A stretch of DNA of 64,000 nucleotides from Candidatus Thorarchaeota archaeon (GCA_030612365.1 JAUWOA010000002.1:425-64424); one strand, 5' to 3'; counted from the stretch's first letter, positions 37,342 to 48,074 are shown. Notes: generated by a model from the letters alone, not told the origin. A program made the numbers and translations.

Positions 37342-39204
37342 CTACCCTATTATCTTGTATAGATGGTAGTAGTACGGACCACTATTCATCGGATTGTTTT
37401 CAGCCGCATCGTAGTATCCATACGTGTTCCCATGATATACATGGAAGGTCATTCCCTGGTAACACCAGATGTATGCCACCTGGTCCACGATAGCTTCCTG
37501 GATGTCGAAGTAGAGCGCCTCACGTGTAGCAATGTTCTGCTCCTGTGCGGCATCACTAATCCAACCGTCAACTTCGGCAGCATCCCAACCAGCAGAGTCA
37601 CCAAGACCAACCCTTAGCGGGAAGGTGCCAGTGCTCTTCACGAACGGACCCACGTAGTTATCGGGGTCAGCATAGTCGGGTGCCCAACCGAGGAAGAAGA
37701 TAGGTAGCTGCCTGTTCCTTACTTGGTACAGATAGTTAGACCACTCTAGACCCTGGACCGAAATGGTCAGGCCACCGGTTACTTGGGTGCAACCGTCCAA
37801 TGCCAGCATGTCCGCGATACCGTCTTTCAACAGCATGCAGGATTGCTCACGGACAGTGTTGCCTGAGTTGAAGTACAGGGTAAGCGAGTTGCTCAGGTTG
37901 GTCCAGACATCGTCTAGACCAGCAGCCATGGCTAGGTTCCATGCATCTTTGGCGTCCTCAAGGTCGTATTCGTACATTTCTAGGTCATAGTCATGTCCAA
38001 ACATTCCCTGAGGAATCGGACCTTGAAGCTGTAGACCAAAGCCGCTTACGGCACTAGTGATTAACATTTCATAATCAAGAGCGTACGAGAATGCTATTCT
38101 CGTGTTGATGTCCGTGAAGGGACTCAATGAAATCGACCCTGACTGGTTAATGTACGGGTTCATGTTCATTCCCAGGAACATCACGTTGAAGCTCGGTTGA
38201 CCACAGAATAGCCTGACATTGTCTAGGGTAGACTTCACGAATCCATCACCGTTATCGGCGGTGCGTAGAATAGCATCGTCCCAGATCTGGTCTGCGTGAG
38301 TTGTCGGCCAGTAGGTCATATCCATTTCATCAGCCTGGATATTGAGGAGTCGGGTTGTGACATCCTCGTTGGTGATGATGGTGACGTTCGCTAGGTTACC
38401 TGCGTTCGGGAACATAGCCTTTGCAGCAGCGGCTCTCCAGTAATTGTCGTTCCTGACGAGCTTGATGTGCTGATCAAAGATCCACTCTTCCAGTATGTAA
38501 GGACCTGTACCACATGTGTGTTCGTCCATCCATGCGTTGTGCTCACCAATTACAACACCACCATGTGCCTCTACATAGGTCGGGCTCATAATAGCGCCAA
38601 CTTGGTATGTGATGGCAGCAATGAACGGTGTGTATGCGTAGGCAAGCCTGAATCGAACTGTGTAGGTGTCAACAACGATAATGGCGTCTTCAAGAAGCCA
38701 TGCGTTATAAGCAGCAATGTGCTCTGCGCTGCCCTCACCATGTTCGTAAACGGGATCCTCAACAGCTTGACCGCCGAGGATTGGCTCTGCAAACATCCAT
38801 GCTGGGCCCCAACCATCGAAGAGTGCCATAACACGCTCAAAGTTGTATTTGACGCATGATGCATTGAATGGTGTTCCGTCGTGGAATGTGATACCTTGAC
38901 GGAGTGTGAACGTATAGTTCAGCCCATCTGCGGATATCGACACATCAGATGCAAGCAGTGGTTCTGTTGCATCTGTTACCACACTGCCCCATGGATACGT
39001 ATACAACGTCTCATAGACGTTGAAATGTATCCGTGAGCCAAATGACTCATAGTTCACGTGGGGGTCCATAAACTCCGGATTACCCATGTCTTCTTCGATC
39101 CAACTGCTTTCTGGGTATATGGTTGGTTGAAGCATAAGGTATGCGCCAGCCGCTCCGACGATAATGACGACCACCACGATCGCTATTAATGTATTTTTAT
39201 TCAA
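37342..39204 (-). CDS. ABC transporter substrate-binding protein, family 5 (Opp/Dpp peptide/nickel type), membrane-anchored
   Basis: N-terminal anchor LIAIVVVVIIVGAAGAYLML. Family-5 hallmarks (LYTYPW, ITFHDGTPFNA, NDNYW, PIFFLGWAPDYADPDNY). TTG at 39204 is preceded by GGAGG with a 7-nt spacer. The longest ORF extends to 39288. Confidence 0.85.
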   Translation of the reverse strand: MNKNTLIAIVVVVIIVGAAGAYLMLQPTIYPESSWIEEDMGNPEFMDPHVNYESFGSRIHFNVYETLYTYPWGSVVTDATEPLLASDVSISADGLNYTFTLRQGITFHDGTPFNASCVKYNFERVMALFDGWGPAWMFAEPILGGQAVEDPVYEHGEGSAEHIAAYNAWLLEDAIIVVDTYTVRFRLAYAYTPFIAAITYQVGAIMSPTYVEAHGGVVIGEHNAWMDEHTCGTGPYILEEWIFDQHIKLVRNDNYWRAAAAKAMFPNAGNLANVTIITNEDVTTRLLNIQADEMDMTYWPTTHADQIWDDAILRTADNGDGFVKSTLDNVRLFCGQPSFNVMFLGMNMNPYINQSGSISLSPFTDINTRIAFSYALDYEMLITSAVSGFGLQLQGPIPQGMFGHDYDLEMYEYDLEDAKDAWNLAMAAGLDDVWTNLSNSLTLYFNSGNTVREQSCMLLKDGIADMLALDGCTQVTGGLTISVQGLEWSNYLYQVRNRQLPIFFLGWAPDYADPDNYVGPFVKSTGTFPLRVGLGDSAGWDAAEVDGWISDAAQEQNIATREALYFDIQEAIVDQVAYIWCYQGMTFHVYHGNTYGYYDAAENNPMNSGPYYYHLYKIIG

Positions 39205-39573
39205 TTTTCTTCCTCCTTCTATTCCACTGGACAAAGTCCAGAGGAGATCTCCTTCCGAACAGCGAATGGGTTTCGCATTAGAACGCAATCGTCAAAGAAT
39301 GAGTTCCATCTTGAAACTCAAATTTCAATTCGGGCGGAATGTACTTTGTACAACTACCGATATCCGTGATTGCAGTCTAATATAGCTTACGAATCTTACA
39401 GTTGAGGATTGGCTGCTTATAACTCAAAATCGCGTAAAACCGAACTCTCGTTCGATGATTTCGAAGGTGGGGCGAGTTACTTAATCCCAAAACCTTAAGT
39501 ATATGCCCAAGACCGCCACTCAATTGGTTGGGTCGTTGGCCCCGAAAAAGGCACCCTACGTGAGGTCCTAATT

Positions 39574-40605
39574 GTGAAGCTGAGAGACTTTATACTTAGA
39601 AGAATTGTCCTTGCCATACCCGTTGTATTCGGGGTTGTAACTATAACGTGGTTTCTTGCTTACATCGTAGGCGATCCAGTTTCAATGTATATCACGGAGC
39701 GAACCCCCGACGCTGCCATCCCCGGGATAATCGAATCACATGGGTTTAATGAACCGCTTCCAGTTCAATTCTTCTTGTACATAACTAATCTGTTACAAGG
39801 GGATTGGGGAACCAGCACTTCGACTGCAACGGATGCGCCTGTGCTCGATATCATAGCTCAGAGATTCCCAGCAACGATTGAACTTGCATTGCTGTCTATG
39901 ATTATCGCAATCATTTTAGGCATTCCCCTTGGCATCATTTCTGCGACAAAGAAGGACAAACCGGTAGACCACATCACACGCATCTTTGCCTTAGCAGGAG
40001 TTTCAATGCCAATCTTTTGGTTTGGATTGATGCTCAAGTATATATTATTCTTCCAATTCAAAGCATGGGGTCTCCCGTATCTCCCATCAAGTAACCGGTA
40101 CAACATACAGCTATATGACCATGTTGCAACGACCGGATTCATACTGATTGATTCGCTTCTAGTTGGCGATATCAGGCTTTTCTTTGATGCCCTCCGCCAC
40201 ATGGCGATGCCTGCTTTCTGTCTGGGCTATCTGGTGCTAGCAATCATCACTAGAATGATGCGATCAAGTATGCTCGAGGTATTGAAAGAAGATTATATCA
40301 CTCTAGCCAAGTCAAAAGGTCTAACACAACGTATTGTGGTGTACCGACATGCACTGAGAAACGCATTGATTCCAACGGTGACTGTAATTGGTTTGGCATT
40401 CGGCGGGCTCATGACAGGAGCGGTTCTAACGGAAACGATATTCAATTGGCCTGGACTCGGCCGATGGGCTGTGCGATCAATCCTTCAATCTGACCTCGCG
40501 GGAATCAACGGATTCACATTACTAGTTGCGCTAATCGTTGTAACATCGAATCTCGTGGTTGATCTTATTTATGGAACTCTAGACCCGCGGATCCGATTTG
40601 GATAG
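39574..40605 (+). CDS. Opp/Dpp-type ABC permease (DppB/OppB-like)
   Basis: GTG start. N-terminal FILRRIVLAIPVVFGV, EAA-loop region LAKSKGLTQRIVVYRHALRNALIP, C-terminal DLIYGTLDPRIR. Confidence 0.85.
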   Translation: MKLRDFILRRIVLAIPVVFGVVTITWFLAYIVGDPVSMYITERTPDAAIPGIIESHGFNEPLPVQFFLYITNLLQGDWGTSTSTATDAPVLDIIAQRFPATIELALLSMIIAIILGIPLGIISATKKDKPVDHITRIFALAGVSMPIFWFGLMLKYILFFQFKAWGLPYLPSSNRYNIQLYDHVATTGFILIDSLLVGDIRLFFDALRHMAMPAFCLGYLVLAIITRMMRSSMLEVLKEDYITLAKSKGLTQRIVVYRHALRNALIPTVTVIGLAFGGLMTGAVLTETIFNWPGLGRWAVRSILQSDLAGINGFTLLVALIVVTSNLVVDLIYGTLDPRIRFG

Positions 40606-40617
40606 GAGGCTATTGAG

Positions 40618-42357
40618 ATGGAATCGTACAACGATGATAAGAAAACGAACGGTGAAGATAGCCTCCAATTTACGATCCTTGCATTCCTTCAAATTTTTGT
40701 AGGCATTTTGGTAGCTGTCTTCGGAGGAATCATAATACTGGGCAACTTGACCTACGGTGTTATGGGCGCCTTCGGCGACGTATTACCCCCGGAAACCCTA
40801 GGGACCTACGCTCTGCAGTCAGTCATCCTATTGGTGCTTGGCTTATTGCTCTTCAAGGCTGGACTGGCAATTTTGGAGCTTGACTCATTTGCATTCAGCA
40901 CATCGCTGTACCTCAACATATTCATGCTCCTGATTTCCCTGACAGTCGGAATCATAGGCCTGTTCTTCGCAATGCTTTCCTTTGTCACAATCCTGTTGCT
41001 CTTCACACCGAGCGTGAAGCTCTATTGGTATGATGCCTTCAAGGAGGACATGGTACCGCGCATAAAGGAAACCCGCTACAGCCTGCACTTAGTCCGAAAG
41101 AGTCCACTTGTGGTTCTTGGGATAGTCTTGATTCTAGGCATGGTTTCGCTTGCGTTTATTGCACCTGTAGTGGCTCCCTACGGACCAGAGGAGAGAATCT
41201 GGGCTGATGCTAAGGATCCTCCTGGCTCGCCTAGTGGAGGAAAGAACAAGACCCGCGAGATTTACGATGAACGAAACACGAATCCAGTTCCGAGAGTGAT
41301 TGGCGGAGTAGATTGGCAGGATCCCCCTCCGATACTTATCGCGGAATTCACGGTATATGAAAACGAGACCAATCCCGATCTCGGGCCATGGATCGAATAT
41401 GAAATCGAATTTGAAGAGCTAGGAGATGACAACGTATCATTCTATTTCGCAGTATACGGCCTGAACTTGACCACATATCAGTCCATGGATGAATCAGCCC
41501 GTGCGGCGCACTTATACTATGAAACCACAAGGTTCGGCCCGAGAGATGTTGAAGAGGAGCTCTTCCTATACAACGCGACATACACCTATGTCTATGTGCT
41601 CTGGTTCAGCTGCGACCACAAGTACTCCAATTGGGAAATTGACATTAAGTTTACAATACTCCGCCACGAGAGTTTTCCAGACCACATCTGGGGTACTGAT
41701 GAAATTGGAGGTGATATCTTCAGTCGGATTCTTTGGGGTGCACAGATTGATCTTAGGTTATCACTCACCATTGTGCTAGTCGCGGTGAGTGTAGGCACCT
41801 TCATCGGTGCAGCCGCTGGGTACTACGGCGGCAAGATTGATGAAATAGTCATGAGAGTAACGGATGTGTTCTTCGCATTCCCAGGTCTTGTGCTGGCAAT
41901 GGCGATAGTCATGGCCTTAGGTGAGAGGAGTCTAGACACTATCTCCATTGCACTGATGGTCACATGGTGGCCTACCTATGCCAGACTCGTTCGTGGACAG
42001 GTTCTGTTGGAGAGAGAGAAACTGTACGTCGAGGCTGCGCGCTCTGTGGGTGCAAGTGACATGAGGATTCTGTTTTCACATATAATTCCCAATACGATTC
42101 AACCACTGATCGTTCAGGCGACCATGGATACAGGAGGAGTTCTATTGACAGCGGCTGGCCTTTCCTTCATCGGTTTTGGTCCTCCTGCTGGTGCTGCAGA
42201 ATGGGGTCTGATGATTGCCAAGGGGCAAATGTATCTCACGTCCTATCCTTGGATGACTGTGTTTCCAGGTGTTGCTATCCTCCTAACTGCACTAGGATTC
42301 AACTTAGTCGGAGATGGAATTCGGGACATTATGGATCCGAAACTCAGACGTAGATGA
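40618..42357 (+). CDS. Opp/Dpp-type ABC permease (DppC/OppC-like) with extra N-terminal 3-TM module and enlarged external loop
   Basis: Canonical part: HIWGTDEIGGDIFSRILWGA, AARSVGASDMRILFSHIIPN, GDGIRDIMDPKLR. It is preceded by ~130 aa with three extra TM helices and a ~180-aa loop. GGAGG lies 8 nt upstream of the ATG. Confidence 0.85.
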   Translation: MESYNDDKKTNGEDSLQFTILAFLQIFVGILVAVFGGIIILGNLTYGVMGAFGDVLPPETLGTYALQSVILLVLGLLLFKAGLAILELDSFAFSTSLYLNIFMLLISLTVGIIGLFFAMLSFVTILLLFTPSVKLYWYDAFKEDMVPRIKETRYSLHLVRKSPLVVLGIVLILGMVSLAFIAPVVAPYGPEERIWADAKDPPGSPSGGKNKTREIYDERNTNPVPRVIGGVDWQDPPPILIAEFTVYENETNPDLGPWIEYEIEFEELGDDNVSFYFAVYGLNLTTYQSMDESARAAHLYYETTRFGPRDVEEELFLYNATYTYVYVLWFSCDHKYSNWEIDIKFTILRHESFPDHIWGTDEIGGDIFSRILWGAQIDLRLSLTIVLVAVSVGTFIGAAAGYYGGKIDEIVMRVTDVFFAFPGLVLAMAIVMALGERSLDTISIALMVTWWPTYARLVRGQVLLEREKLYVEAARSVGASDMRILFSHIIPNTIQPLIVQATMDTGGVLLTAAGLSFIGFGPPAGAAEWGLMIAKGQMYLTSYPWMTVFPGVAILLTALGFNLVGDGIRDIMDPKLRRR

Positions 42358-42373
42358 CACCGAGGCGAGAAAG

Positions 42374-43525
42374 ATGACTGAAGATTTTGCATTAAAGGTT
42401 GAAGGACTGGTGACAAACTTCTACACGTATGAAGGTGTAGTACTTGCCTTGGCTGGAGTTGACCTCTTCCTCAGACGCGGTGATACAATGGGCATCGTGG
42501 GAGAAACAGGATGCGGCAAGTCCGTGACAGCTAGATCAATTCTCCGACTTGTTGAGCCCCCGGGGCGGATTGAACAAGGAAGCATCACCTTTTTTGATCG
42601 CGACCGTGAAACCAATGAGATTGCTCCTATCGAGATCTTGGATCTGGAAGAAGCCGAAATGATGGACATCCGGGGCAATAAGATTGCCATTGTGTTTCAA
42701 GATCCGGCAACATTTCCCAACCCTGTATTCAGGATTGGCACCCAGATTGCTGAGGTGATTATGTTGCATCAAGATCTTGGAAGAGCAGCGTTGGAAGTTA
42801 AGATTGAGGAGCTTGAGGTCAATCTCGACAAGACTGAAGGTGACCGCCGAAACAAGATTGAGGAGAAGATTGAGCACTACAAGTCACAGCTTGATACCCC
42901 CCCTGAGCCGGATGACAATGATAAGAAAGCGGCGGCGTGGAAGCTGGCGATTGACATGCTCAAACTAGTCAAGATGCCTGCACCGGAGCAGGTAATTTCA
43001 CAGTACCCGCACGAACTATCGGGTGGGATGCGTCAGAGAGCATTGATTGCCATGGCGCTTTCGTGCAATCCTGCTATTCTCATCTGCGATGAAGCAACCA
43101 CTGCACTCGACGTCACTGTCCAAGCTCAGGTACTGAACCTTCTGAATGAGCTGAAGTCGGAGATTGGTACTTCGATTATGATCATTACGCATGACCTGGG
43201 TGTGGTCGCAGAAACATGCAACTGGGTCAACGTAATGTATGCAGGAAACACTGTTGAAACCGCTGCGACGGAGGAGATATTCGAAACTCCCATGCACCCG
43301 TACACAATGGGTCTGCTCGTAGCAGTTCCAAAGCTGCATGAAACCAAGGAACGTCTTGACCAGATTCGTGGTTCCGTCCCTAATCTCATAACGCCGCCGA
43401 CAGGCTGCCGCTTCCACCCTCGGTGTGATTTTGTAACAGAGATATGCAAGAATGACCGTCCTCGCCTTAGGGAGCTGAAGCCTGGTCATTGGGTTGCATG
43501 CCACAATCCGCAAGGAGGGTCCTAG
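42374..43525 (+). CDS. Opp/Dpp-type ABC ATPase (DppD/OppD-like)
   Basis: Walker A GETGCGKS, signature LSGGMRQR, Walker B LICDEATTALD, H-loop ITHD, C-terminal TGCRFHPRC. The ATG at 42374 follows the upstream stop (42357). A ~45-aa charged insertion precedes the signature motif. Confidence 0.85.
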   Translation: MTEDFALKVEGLVTNFYTYEGVVLALAGVDLFLRRGDTMGIVGETGCGKSVTARSILRLVEPPGRIEQGSITFFDRDRETNEIAPIEILDLEEAEMMDIRGNKIAIVFQDPATFPNPVFRIGTQIAEVIMLHQDLGRAALEVKIEELEVNLDKTEGDRRNKIEEKIEHYKSQLDTPPEPDDNDKKAAAWKLAIDMLKLVKMPAPEQVISQYPHELSGGMRQRALIAMALSCNPAILICDEATTALDVTVQAQVLNLLNELKSEIGTSIMIITHDLGVVAETCNWVNVMYAGNTVETAATEEIFETPMHPYTMGLLVAVPKLHETKERLDQIRGSVPNLITPPTGCRFHPRCDFVTEICKNDRPRLRELKPGHWVACHNPQGGS

Positions 43526-43527
43526 AG

Positions 43528-44550
43528 ATGACAGAACTACTTGTCGAAATTGAGAATCTTAAGAAGTACTTCCCGTTGACCGGCGGTGTTTTCCGCAAGG
43601 TGGTTGGGAAGGTCCATGCAGTTGATGATGTCAGCTTGGATATCCGCGAAGGGGAAACCGTCGGGATTGTTGGTGAATCAGGTTGTGGTAAGACAACTCT
43701 TGGAAGGACTGTCCTTAGACTCCTTAATCCCACTGATGGGAAGATACACTTCCAGGGTCGGGATATCACCGAGTTGAAAGGAACTGCCTTGCGAGAAATA
43801 AGGCGCCAGATGCAGATCGTATTCCAAGACCCAATGGCTTCTCTTGATCCACGGGTCACGATAAAGAACAGTGTCGGTGAGCCTTTGATTGTCAATAAAA
43901 TAGCTCGAGGTCCCCTCTTGCGAAACAAGGTCCTTGAACTTCTTCAAGCTGTAGGTCTAAACGAGGATCACCTCAACAGATTCCCACATGAATTCAGTGG
44001 CGGACAGAGGCAACGAATCTGCATTGCGAGGGCTCTTGCACTGAATCCAAAGTTTGTGGTGATGGATGAACCAACAAGCAGCACTGATGTTTCCGTGCAG
44101 GCTCAGACTCTGAACCTGATGAAGGACCTGCAGAAGGACTTCAAGTTAACGTACATGTTCATCTCGCACAACTTGAGTGTCGTTAAGCACATGAGCGACC
44201 GGATTGCTGTGATGTATCTCGGAAAGATTCTGGAGTTGACACCCTACGATATTTTCAAAACCTCTAAGCATCCCTACACATTCGCTCTAGTATCAGCGGT
44301 ACCAGTGCCAGATCCGCGTTTTGCGGGCAGGGCGCAAATTCTGAAGGGCGAAGTGCCAAGCCCCATAAATCCGCCAACCGGCTGCAGATTCCATCCAAGG
44401 TGCATTTTCGCGCAGGAGAAATGCAAATTGGAGGAACCGGAGCTTAGAGACGTGGGTGATGGTCATCTTGTGGCCTGTCACTTTGCAGGGGAGCTTGACT
44501 TTGGCAAGAGCGCCCAGATGGAATACGCACAGGCTGTCAGTTCATCATGA
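43528..44550 (+). CDS. Opp/Dpp-type ABC ATPase (DppF/OppF-like)
   Basis: Walker A GESGCGKT, signature FSGGQRQR, Walker B VVMDEPTSSTD, ISHN, C-terminal TGCRFHPRC. The ATG at 43528 has GGAGG 9 nt upstream. Confidence 0.85.
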   Translation: MTELLVEIENLKKYFPLTGGVFRKVVGKVHAVDDVSLDIREGETVGIVGESGCGKTTLGRTVLRLLNPTDGKIHFQGRDITELKGTALREIRRQMQIVFQDPMASLDPRVTIKNSVGEPLIVNKIARGPLLRNKVLELLQAVGLNEDHLNRFPHEFSGGQRQRICIARALALNPKFVVMDEPTSSTDVSVQAQTLNLMKDLQKDFKLTYMFISHNLSVVKHMSDRIAVMYLGKILELTPYDIFKTSKHPYTFALVSAVPVPDPRFAGRAQILKGEVPSPINPPTGCRFHPRCIFAQEKCKLEEPELRDVGDGHLVACHFAGELDFGKSAQMEYAQAVSSS

Positions 44551-44588
44551 CCATATCACTGAAGTACTCATGTCCTTGGCCTTTGTAG

Positions 44589-44825
44589 GTGGTTGCGATG
44601 GACATGGACCATGACGAAGAAGACGAAATCAGTCTTGAGCCCAGGCGTGAGGTCGACTGGGACGAGTACGTGTATTTGCAGGAACAAGAGCGATCCCAAG
44701 TTTCCCTTGATGCAAAAGATCTTGTTGCACTATTCGTGGCGGCCCTAACGACCATATTTCTTCCCATAGTCATCCTGATGGTTATTCTTGTAGTCATAGC
44801 TCTTTTGTTTGGGTTCATAGCCTAG
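44589..44825 (+). CDS. hypothetical small tail-anchored protein
   Basis: 78 aa: acidic N-terminal half, then one C-terminal TM helix. Confidence 0.35.
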   Translation: MVAMDMDHDEEDEISLEPRREVDWDEYVYLQEQERSQVSLDAKDLVALFVAALTTIFLPIVILMVILVVIALLFGFIA

Positions 44826-44845
44826 CAGACGTAGGTTGAATATCC

Positions 44846-45184
44846 ATGAAGAAACGAACACACCTTCTATTCAAAGCAATGACGATATCATCCCTAGTGG
44901 CAGTCATCGACATCATCATTGCACTAGCCCTCTCAGTGCTCACACTAACTGCATTCTCGTTTTTCAATGTGGCGACCATCTTAATTCCTGAGTTCGGTGT
45001 GCTGCTCATCGTGGGCTCTTGCCTGATGGCACGTGATCCGTTGGACGATGAGAGAAGGCACAATGCGGATGGGAGTCCCGTCAGGGCGTGGAAATACACC
45101 CTCATTGGTAGAGAAGTGCTCCTTGTGTCAGCCATTCTCTTTATCTTGATGATCCTCTTCACGCTATTGGGTTATGTCGTTTAA
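44846..45184 (+). CDS. hypothetical membrane protein
   Basis: 112 aa with three hydrophobic helices. Confidence 0.45.
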   Translation: MKKRTHLLFKAMTISSLVAVIDIIIALALSVLTLTAFSFFNVATILIPEFGVLLIVGSCLMARDPLDDERRHNADGSPVRAWKYTLIGREVLLVSAILFILMILFTLLGYVV

Positions 45185-45186
45185 AT

Positions 45187-45981
45187 CTACCACTGGCCTA
45201 GTTCGCGTGTCGTGTTAGCGCGTTTCTTCTTTCCTCTCTTTTTCCTGATTGCCATTTGAATAAGCTTGGGCACGACATACATCAGGATTGGCAACACAGA
45301 TGCCATGTAGAGAAGTGCAAGCGGCAACGAGAATTTGGCTATTGCGTGAGTCGGACCCCAGATCACATAGCTAGTGAAAGTCGCGATAGCGTAAGCCAAG
45401 AACCAAGGCAGAAGGTCTCCGACGGGTGCAAGCGTGAGGAATGCCACACCAAGAACGCCGGAAATGATTAACCATTTTCTGATACTTGTAACGGCTAGGG
45501 CAACATAGGAGTAATCTTCTATGTTCAGCATATCAAACTCGGTTTTCTGCAGAGCTTGAAGCAGCTCATCTGACACTTTGGGGTTTCCTGGTCCTAGGGC
45601 AATGAGCGCGCCAAACATGATGATGAATGTTGCTGAGCCGATGGCTACTAGAGATTGGACAAGAATCACTCCGATAATCAGTGAAACTGCCCCTGCAAAA
45701 AAACCAATCCACATCGCCGCAGTGAGTGTATTGTATGTCAAGTGGTCCTGCAGGGCATTTCCGAGTTTACCGTGTTTTCTTCTAACAACATTATCCCGAA
45801 CCCATTCATAGGAAAAGCAATGGGTATACTCAGTATCTCCGGTCAGGTCGATGTCCTGCACATCATGCATGTCCTCGAATTTTCTGCGGAACTCGGAGTA
45901 ACCCCTGAAGTTCCTAGCACGCCACAGAGATACCAGCAAAATGAGCATTCCTGAGAACGCTAAGGATATGGGGATCTCCAT
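45187..45981 (-). CDS. hypothetical polytopic membrane protein
   Basis: 264 aa, about 6 helices, basic C-terminal tail RKKRGKKKR. Confidence 0.5.
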   Translation of the reverse strand: MEIPISLAFSGMLILLVSLWRARNFRGYSEFRRKFEDMHDVQDIDLTGDTEYTHCFSYEWVRDNVVRRKHGKLGNALQDHLTYNTLTAAMWIGFFAGAVSLIIGVILVQSLVAIGSATFIIMFGALIALGPGNPKVSDELLQALQKTEFDMLNIEDYSYVALAVTSIRKWLIISGVLGVAFLTLAPVGDLLPWFLAYAIATFTSYVIWGPTHAIAKFSLPLALLYMASVLPILMYVVPKLIQMAIRKKRGKKKRANTTRELGQW

Positions 45982-46047
45982 GGTCTGTCAACATCCGGAT
46001 TCATGGGGGATTCGTGGAATCTGCACCTGATTCTGAGTCATAAAGGT

Positions 46048-46953
46048 CTATTGCTGTAACAGCAGCCGATTCAAAGCACTGAGCCAGACGTGGAATAGCA
46101 GGGTCGTGCTGGAATCATCTTTCTCTTTGACGCGTTTGCCAAACAGCACCTTGACTTCCCCTCTTAGCTCGTACTCCTTTCCTTTCCCAACACGAAGACG
46201 TACTTGTTCTCCATCTGCTTTGAGTTGAAGGCCATGGTTGTAGAATGCTTTCGGACTCTCAGAGTAAGTATAGTCCACCTTCTTGTCTGGCTCCGGATAG
46301 AGCGTGGTTTTGAGTCCATTCATGCTAATGATGACCCTGAGGTCCTGCTTCTCATACAGCGGAACGAGTCCGACTATTCCTCGATTTCCAGGCAGAAAGA
46401 GAGGCCGAACTCCGGAGTACGGGTCTGCAACTCTGCCCTCAAGAAGCCCACAGAAGTTTCCTCCTATGCCGCTGATGACGATTCTCTTACTGTCTGAGTT
46501 ACCTGTGATTCTGGTCGTCCCATGGTCATGCCTTCGAATGCCTCTTGGATTCCCAGGCGTGACTGCATTTTCTGACCAATGAAACCAGGGGATGGTTACC
46601 ATAGGAAGCATGCAATCCGCGTCCTTAGGCTTTTTCCCCATGATTTTCCACGTTGCCTCGTTCGTAACGAGGAGGGCCATTGAAATTGGCTCGATTGCCT
46701 TGGAGTGTTCCTCAATGAATCCAATAATAGAGTCGGAACTGGGGGTCATCTCTGTCACCAGCTTGTCCATTTGTTCAAGCAGAAGAGATGTGGTTCCGCT
46801 GTCAACCAGACTGTCCTGCTGACTTGGTTGAAGATCTATACTGAATCCATGCTCCTGCTCAAAGGATTCGATGGTTTCCTTTCGGAAACGGAAATTTGTT
46901 GACACAGCCAACCAACTGAAAGTATGAAGAATAGACTTTTCGGTTCGTGCCAT
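46048..46953 (-). CDS. hypothetical protein
   Basis: 301-aa ORF, no motif recognised. Confidence 0.5.
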   Translation of the reverse strand: MARTEKSILHTFSWLAVSTNFRFRKETIESFEQEHGFSIDLQPSQQDSLVDSGTTSLLLEQMDKLVTEMTPSSDSIIGFIEEHSKAIEPISMALLVTNEATWKIMGKKPKDADCMLPMVTIPWFHWSENAVTPGNPRGIRRHDHGTTRITGNSDSKRIVISGIGGNFCGLLEGRVADPYSGVRPLFLPGNRGIVGLVPLYEKQDLRVIISMNGLKTTLYPEPDKKVDYTYSESPKAFYNHGLQLKADGEQVRLRVGKGKEYELRGEVKVLFGKRVKEKDDSSTTLLFHVWLSALNRLLLQQ

Positions 46954-47009
46954 CGCGACTGAGCGAATAGCTTGAAAAAGGCAATGCAGTTCGTAACGCC
47001 GAGCTAATC

Positions 47010-47894
47010 TTGAAGAAGTGTACTGTGCAGGAGCTCTTTTCTGAGAACCTCGATGAATGGGTTAGGGTTTACAATCAAGGTCATCAAATGTACAAAGGGT
47101 TTGTGCCATTCACTGAAGGTGATTTGACACATATGCTTCGCAACAAGATAATAAACGGCTCATCGATGTACTTGGCGCTGGAGGGAGTAAAGCCCGCTGC
47201 AACAGGGCGTCTCTGCTTTCCATCTCGGTCAGACACAGCAATTCTAACTGACTTCAGTGTTGTCCCAGGAATGAATCTAGCTGCCAGTGCACTGATTGAG
47301 CATTGCTTGAAGCTTTCCAGAGAGAAGCACGCCCATGGGCTTGTGAATTGGGTCCCTGAGGCAGCAGTTGCAGCTTCGGACGCTCTGGGTGACTTCACAT
47401 TCGAGCCCTATCAGGTTCATCTCGTTATGAGAAATGCTCTGTTACTGAAGCCGGAGTACACACCAGTAACTAGTATCACTGTCAAAGAAATGACTTCTTC
47501 TGAGAAGAATCCCACAATCCCTGAGTTGCCTCAGCTTCTTCGCGAATGTCTTGACCTTCGAGAGATCCGTGATATCGAGGCAAAGTGTTGGTTACCACGA
47601 ATCACAGCAGTTGACGACGCTGCCCCCAGTCTTGCCCTTATTGGGTTTGTATCGAAATCGAACAGGCGTGAGGCATGGATACAGCTCATGGATTCGGAAG
47701 GTTCTAGCTTTCCTGACATTCCTCCATCGGAGGGCTTGATCCAGGAAGTGCTTGCAGTCTTGTTCAAGAAAGGAGTTCGCGATGTCAGGACGGAGATTCG
47801 ATCGGAATTTCGCGTGAAGTCGCCCTTCATATCAGCGGACTTCGAGGTCATGGAAACGATTTACGAGTTGATTCTTCCTCTCTCACATACATAG
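47010..47894 (+). CDS. hypothetical protein (possibly a GNAT-like fold, tentative)
   Basis: TTG start. AILTDFSVVPGMNLAASALIEHCLKLS loosely resembles the beta4-alpha3 region of acetyltransferases, but the Q/R-x-x-G-x-G/A motif is absent. Confidence 0.45.
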   Translation: MKKCTVQELFSENLDEWVRVYNQGHQMYKGFVPFTEGDLTHMLRNKIINGSSMYLALEGVKPAATGRLCFPSRSDTAILTDFSVVPGMNLAASALIEHCLKLSREKHAHGLVNWVPEAAVAASDALGDFTFEPYQVHLVMRNALLLKPEYTPVTSITVKEMTSSEKNPTIPELPQLLRECLDLREIRDIEAKCWLPRITAVDDAAPSLALIGFVSKSNRREAWIQLMDSEGSSFPDIPPSEGLIQEVLAVLFKKGVRDVRTEIRSEFRVKSPFISADFEVMETIYELILPLSHT

Positions 47895-48074
47895 CATACG
47901 ATTTCGCGCCATAGATTTTATGCGAAGAGATACTGGACAAGATTATAATACTAGGATAATACGTTGTCGAACTCGTCTTTTGCCGGGAGGATAAGACACT
48001 CGAGCCGCGCTAACATACCTAACAGACGCGGACGTTCATCCGACGGTCGGATTGGTAACAGGAAACCCCTTTTC

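Noticed and set aside
39289-39573. Divergent intergenic region of the opp/dpp locus with an A/T-rich element (TTAAGTATATG near 39495), considered as a TATA box.
   Set aside because: The element lies about 75 nt from the permease start and on the wrong side for the SBP gene's likely TTG start. I cannot place a BRE/TATA at a convincing distance without transcript data.
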